A program made the position numbers and the translations under genes. Below, piece after piece: positions 62,822 through 64,000 of a stretch of 64,000 bases of DNA. The stretch covers positions 575,844,813-575,908,812 of the forward strand of contig NC_058131.1 of the NCBI RefSeq assembly GCF_016433145.1, given 5' to 3'. Below the pieces are notes generated by a model. The model ran no database searches and was not told the origin of the DNA. It was given only the letters and a program-made list of their open reading frames with translations. Position 1 is the stretch's first letter; every line of letters starts with the position of its first letter. The DNA comes from Gracilinanus agilis. Taxonomy: Eukaryota.

Positions 62822-62855
62822 GGGGCAGCTGGGTGGCTCAGAGGATTGAGAGCCC
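62822..62855 (+). mobile_element. Isolated 5' head of a SINE1_Mdo-type element
   Basis: GGGGCAGCTGGGTGGCTCAGAGGATTGAGAGCC followed by unrelated sequence. Confidence 0.75.
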
Positions 62856-64000
62856 CCTCCTGGAACATTTTTATTTTCTGCAGATTTTATTTTTGAGAGA
62901 GGTACAAAAAGCAATTATGCATTAACCTAGTTATAACTGAAAATCTCCACTAGTGAAACAAAATCTACCAATAGGTGGAATTTGCCCATGAACATGCAAA
63001 TAGGATAACTGTGAAGCAGAATAATCATAGTATAGTGAGATCAGTTTTGCCAATTAAAAAAAAAAAACCTTTCTTAAAGAAACAAAAAAAAATTAGACAA
63101 TTTAGACCCCATGACATGCTTCAGACTCCTGCCAGTCTAATAAAAATGTAAGTGAACATCACAGCAAACTATTGCCAATGACATATGCTTTTAATTATAT
63201 CCTGAAAATGTGCAAGCAAGCAAAGCTAAATTATATCATGCTTCTCATTTACATCCAGCATCCATCACCATGGGAGTATATAATAACATGCACACATCTG
63301 TGGATGACTCTATACGAGGAAAGGTCTTGTGGGATCTAGTTTAAAAGTGCAAATATCTTCTGATCATGCTCCAAGTCCTGGACAATTCACGAAAGTGGTT
63401 CTCTAAATGACCAAACAGTAAAGGGAAGTCCAATAGCTGGCGATTTTCCCATCAAACATAAATCTTTCATATTATTTATTTTAACCCATTCTACCTGAAG
63501 CTTAGAGATATAATTTCTTTTCTCTCATCCAAATATTTAAAAAACCATTTTTTCAATTTATAATGTTTTTCTTCTTATATTTATTTTTAATTGAAAAAAT
63601 TTTCCCTCAAATTACAACCACTAATTTTGAAGTTTGTTGGGCCCGAACTAGACATTTCCCTCTCTTTCAACATAAAAGGATATTTTCTAAATATGAATTC
63701 ATTCCAATCATAACTCTGTTGAACCAACATCAAACTTAATTCAGAAGTGAATATGTACTAAAAAGTTAAGTGTACTAATTATATTCCTGCTTTAAAGAGG
63801 TAATGTTATTAGCAGAAAATTAAAAGCATTCATGCTTTGAAGATATTGTAGTAAAAGAAAGGTAAGTAGTATTTAATTTTTATCTAAAATAGATATTGAA
63901 TGGTCAACTCATGGTAACATAAAAGTTTAGTGCAAACCAAATACACAGTAAAAAAAATCATGTTAGAGTTCAGTTCAGGCAGGCTTTTGGACAACTATGA

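Noticed and set aside
5620-62855. tRNA genes or a CRISPR-like array suggested by repeated GGCAGCT..CTCAGTGG heads
   Set aside because: These are tRNA-derived SINE heads with A/B boxes and TSDs, dispersed rather than regularly spaced.
38151-64000. RAB8B exon 1 ([22 protein letters not shown]..)
   Set aside because: No P-loop exon or CpG island in this interval; it lies beyond the right edge.

Overview
AT-rich, repeat-dense eukaryotic DNA from a marsupial, most likely an opossum such as Monodelphis (inferred from SINE1_Mdo-type, MAR1, L2 and hAT repeats). Two spliced genes lie in tandem on the minus strand. RAB8B coding exons 2-8 span 38150 down to 21214, followed by a ~4 kb 3'UTR; exon 1 is beyond the right edge. 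About 8 kb downstream are the CpG-island promoter and exons 1-2 of the gamma-secretase subunit APH1B (8287-7167), whose exon 3 is not visible. This matches the RAB8B-APH1B order I recall for human. The rest is SINE, L1/HAL1, L2, CR1, a solo LTR, hAT MITEs and microsatellites. None of the ORF-track ORFs looks like a real gene, and I see no novel protein-coding system. The best leads are: (1) an NKCD-to-NKSD change in the RAB8B G4 motif; (2) a latent 56-nt cassette exon and hairpin in the long-tail SINE1, with a 10:1 antisense bias and loss of both splice signals in younger copies; (3) two different hAT MITEs stacked on one triplicated target site; (4) a sense solo LTR in RAB8B intron 1; (5) a 3'UTR with seed sites for three miR-17~92 families and both miR-200 families. 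Exon coordinates are base-exact; most repeat boundaries are approximate and family names are from recall, not a database search.
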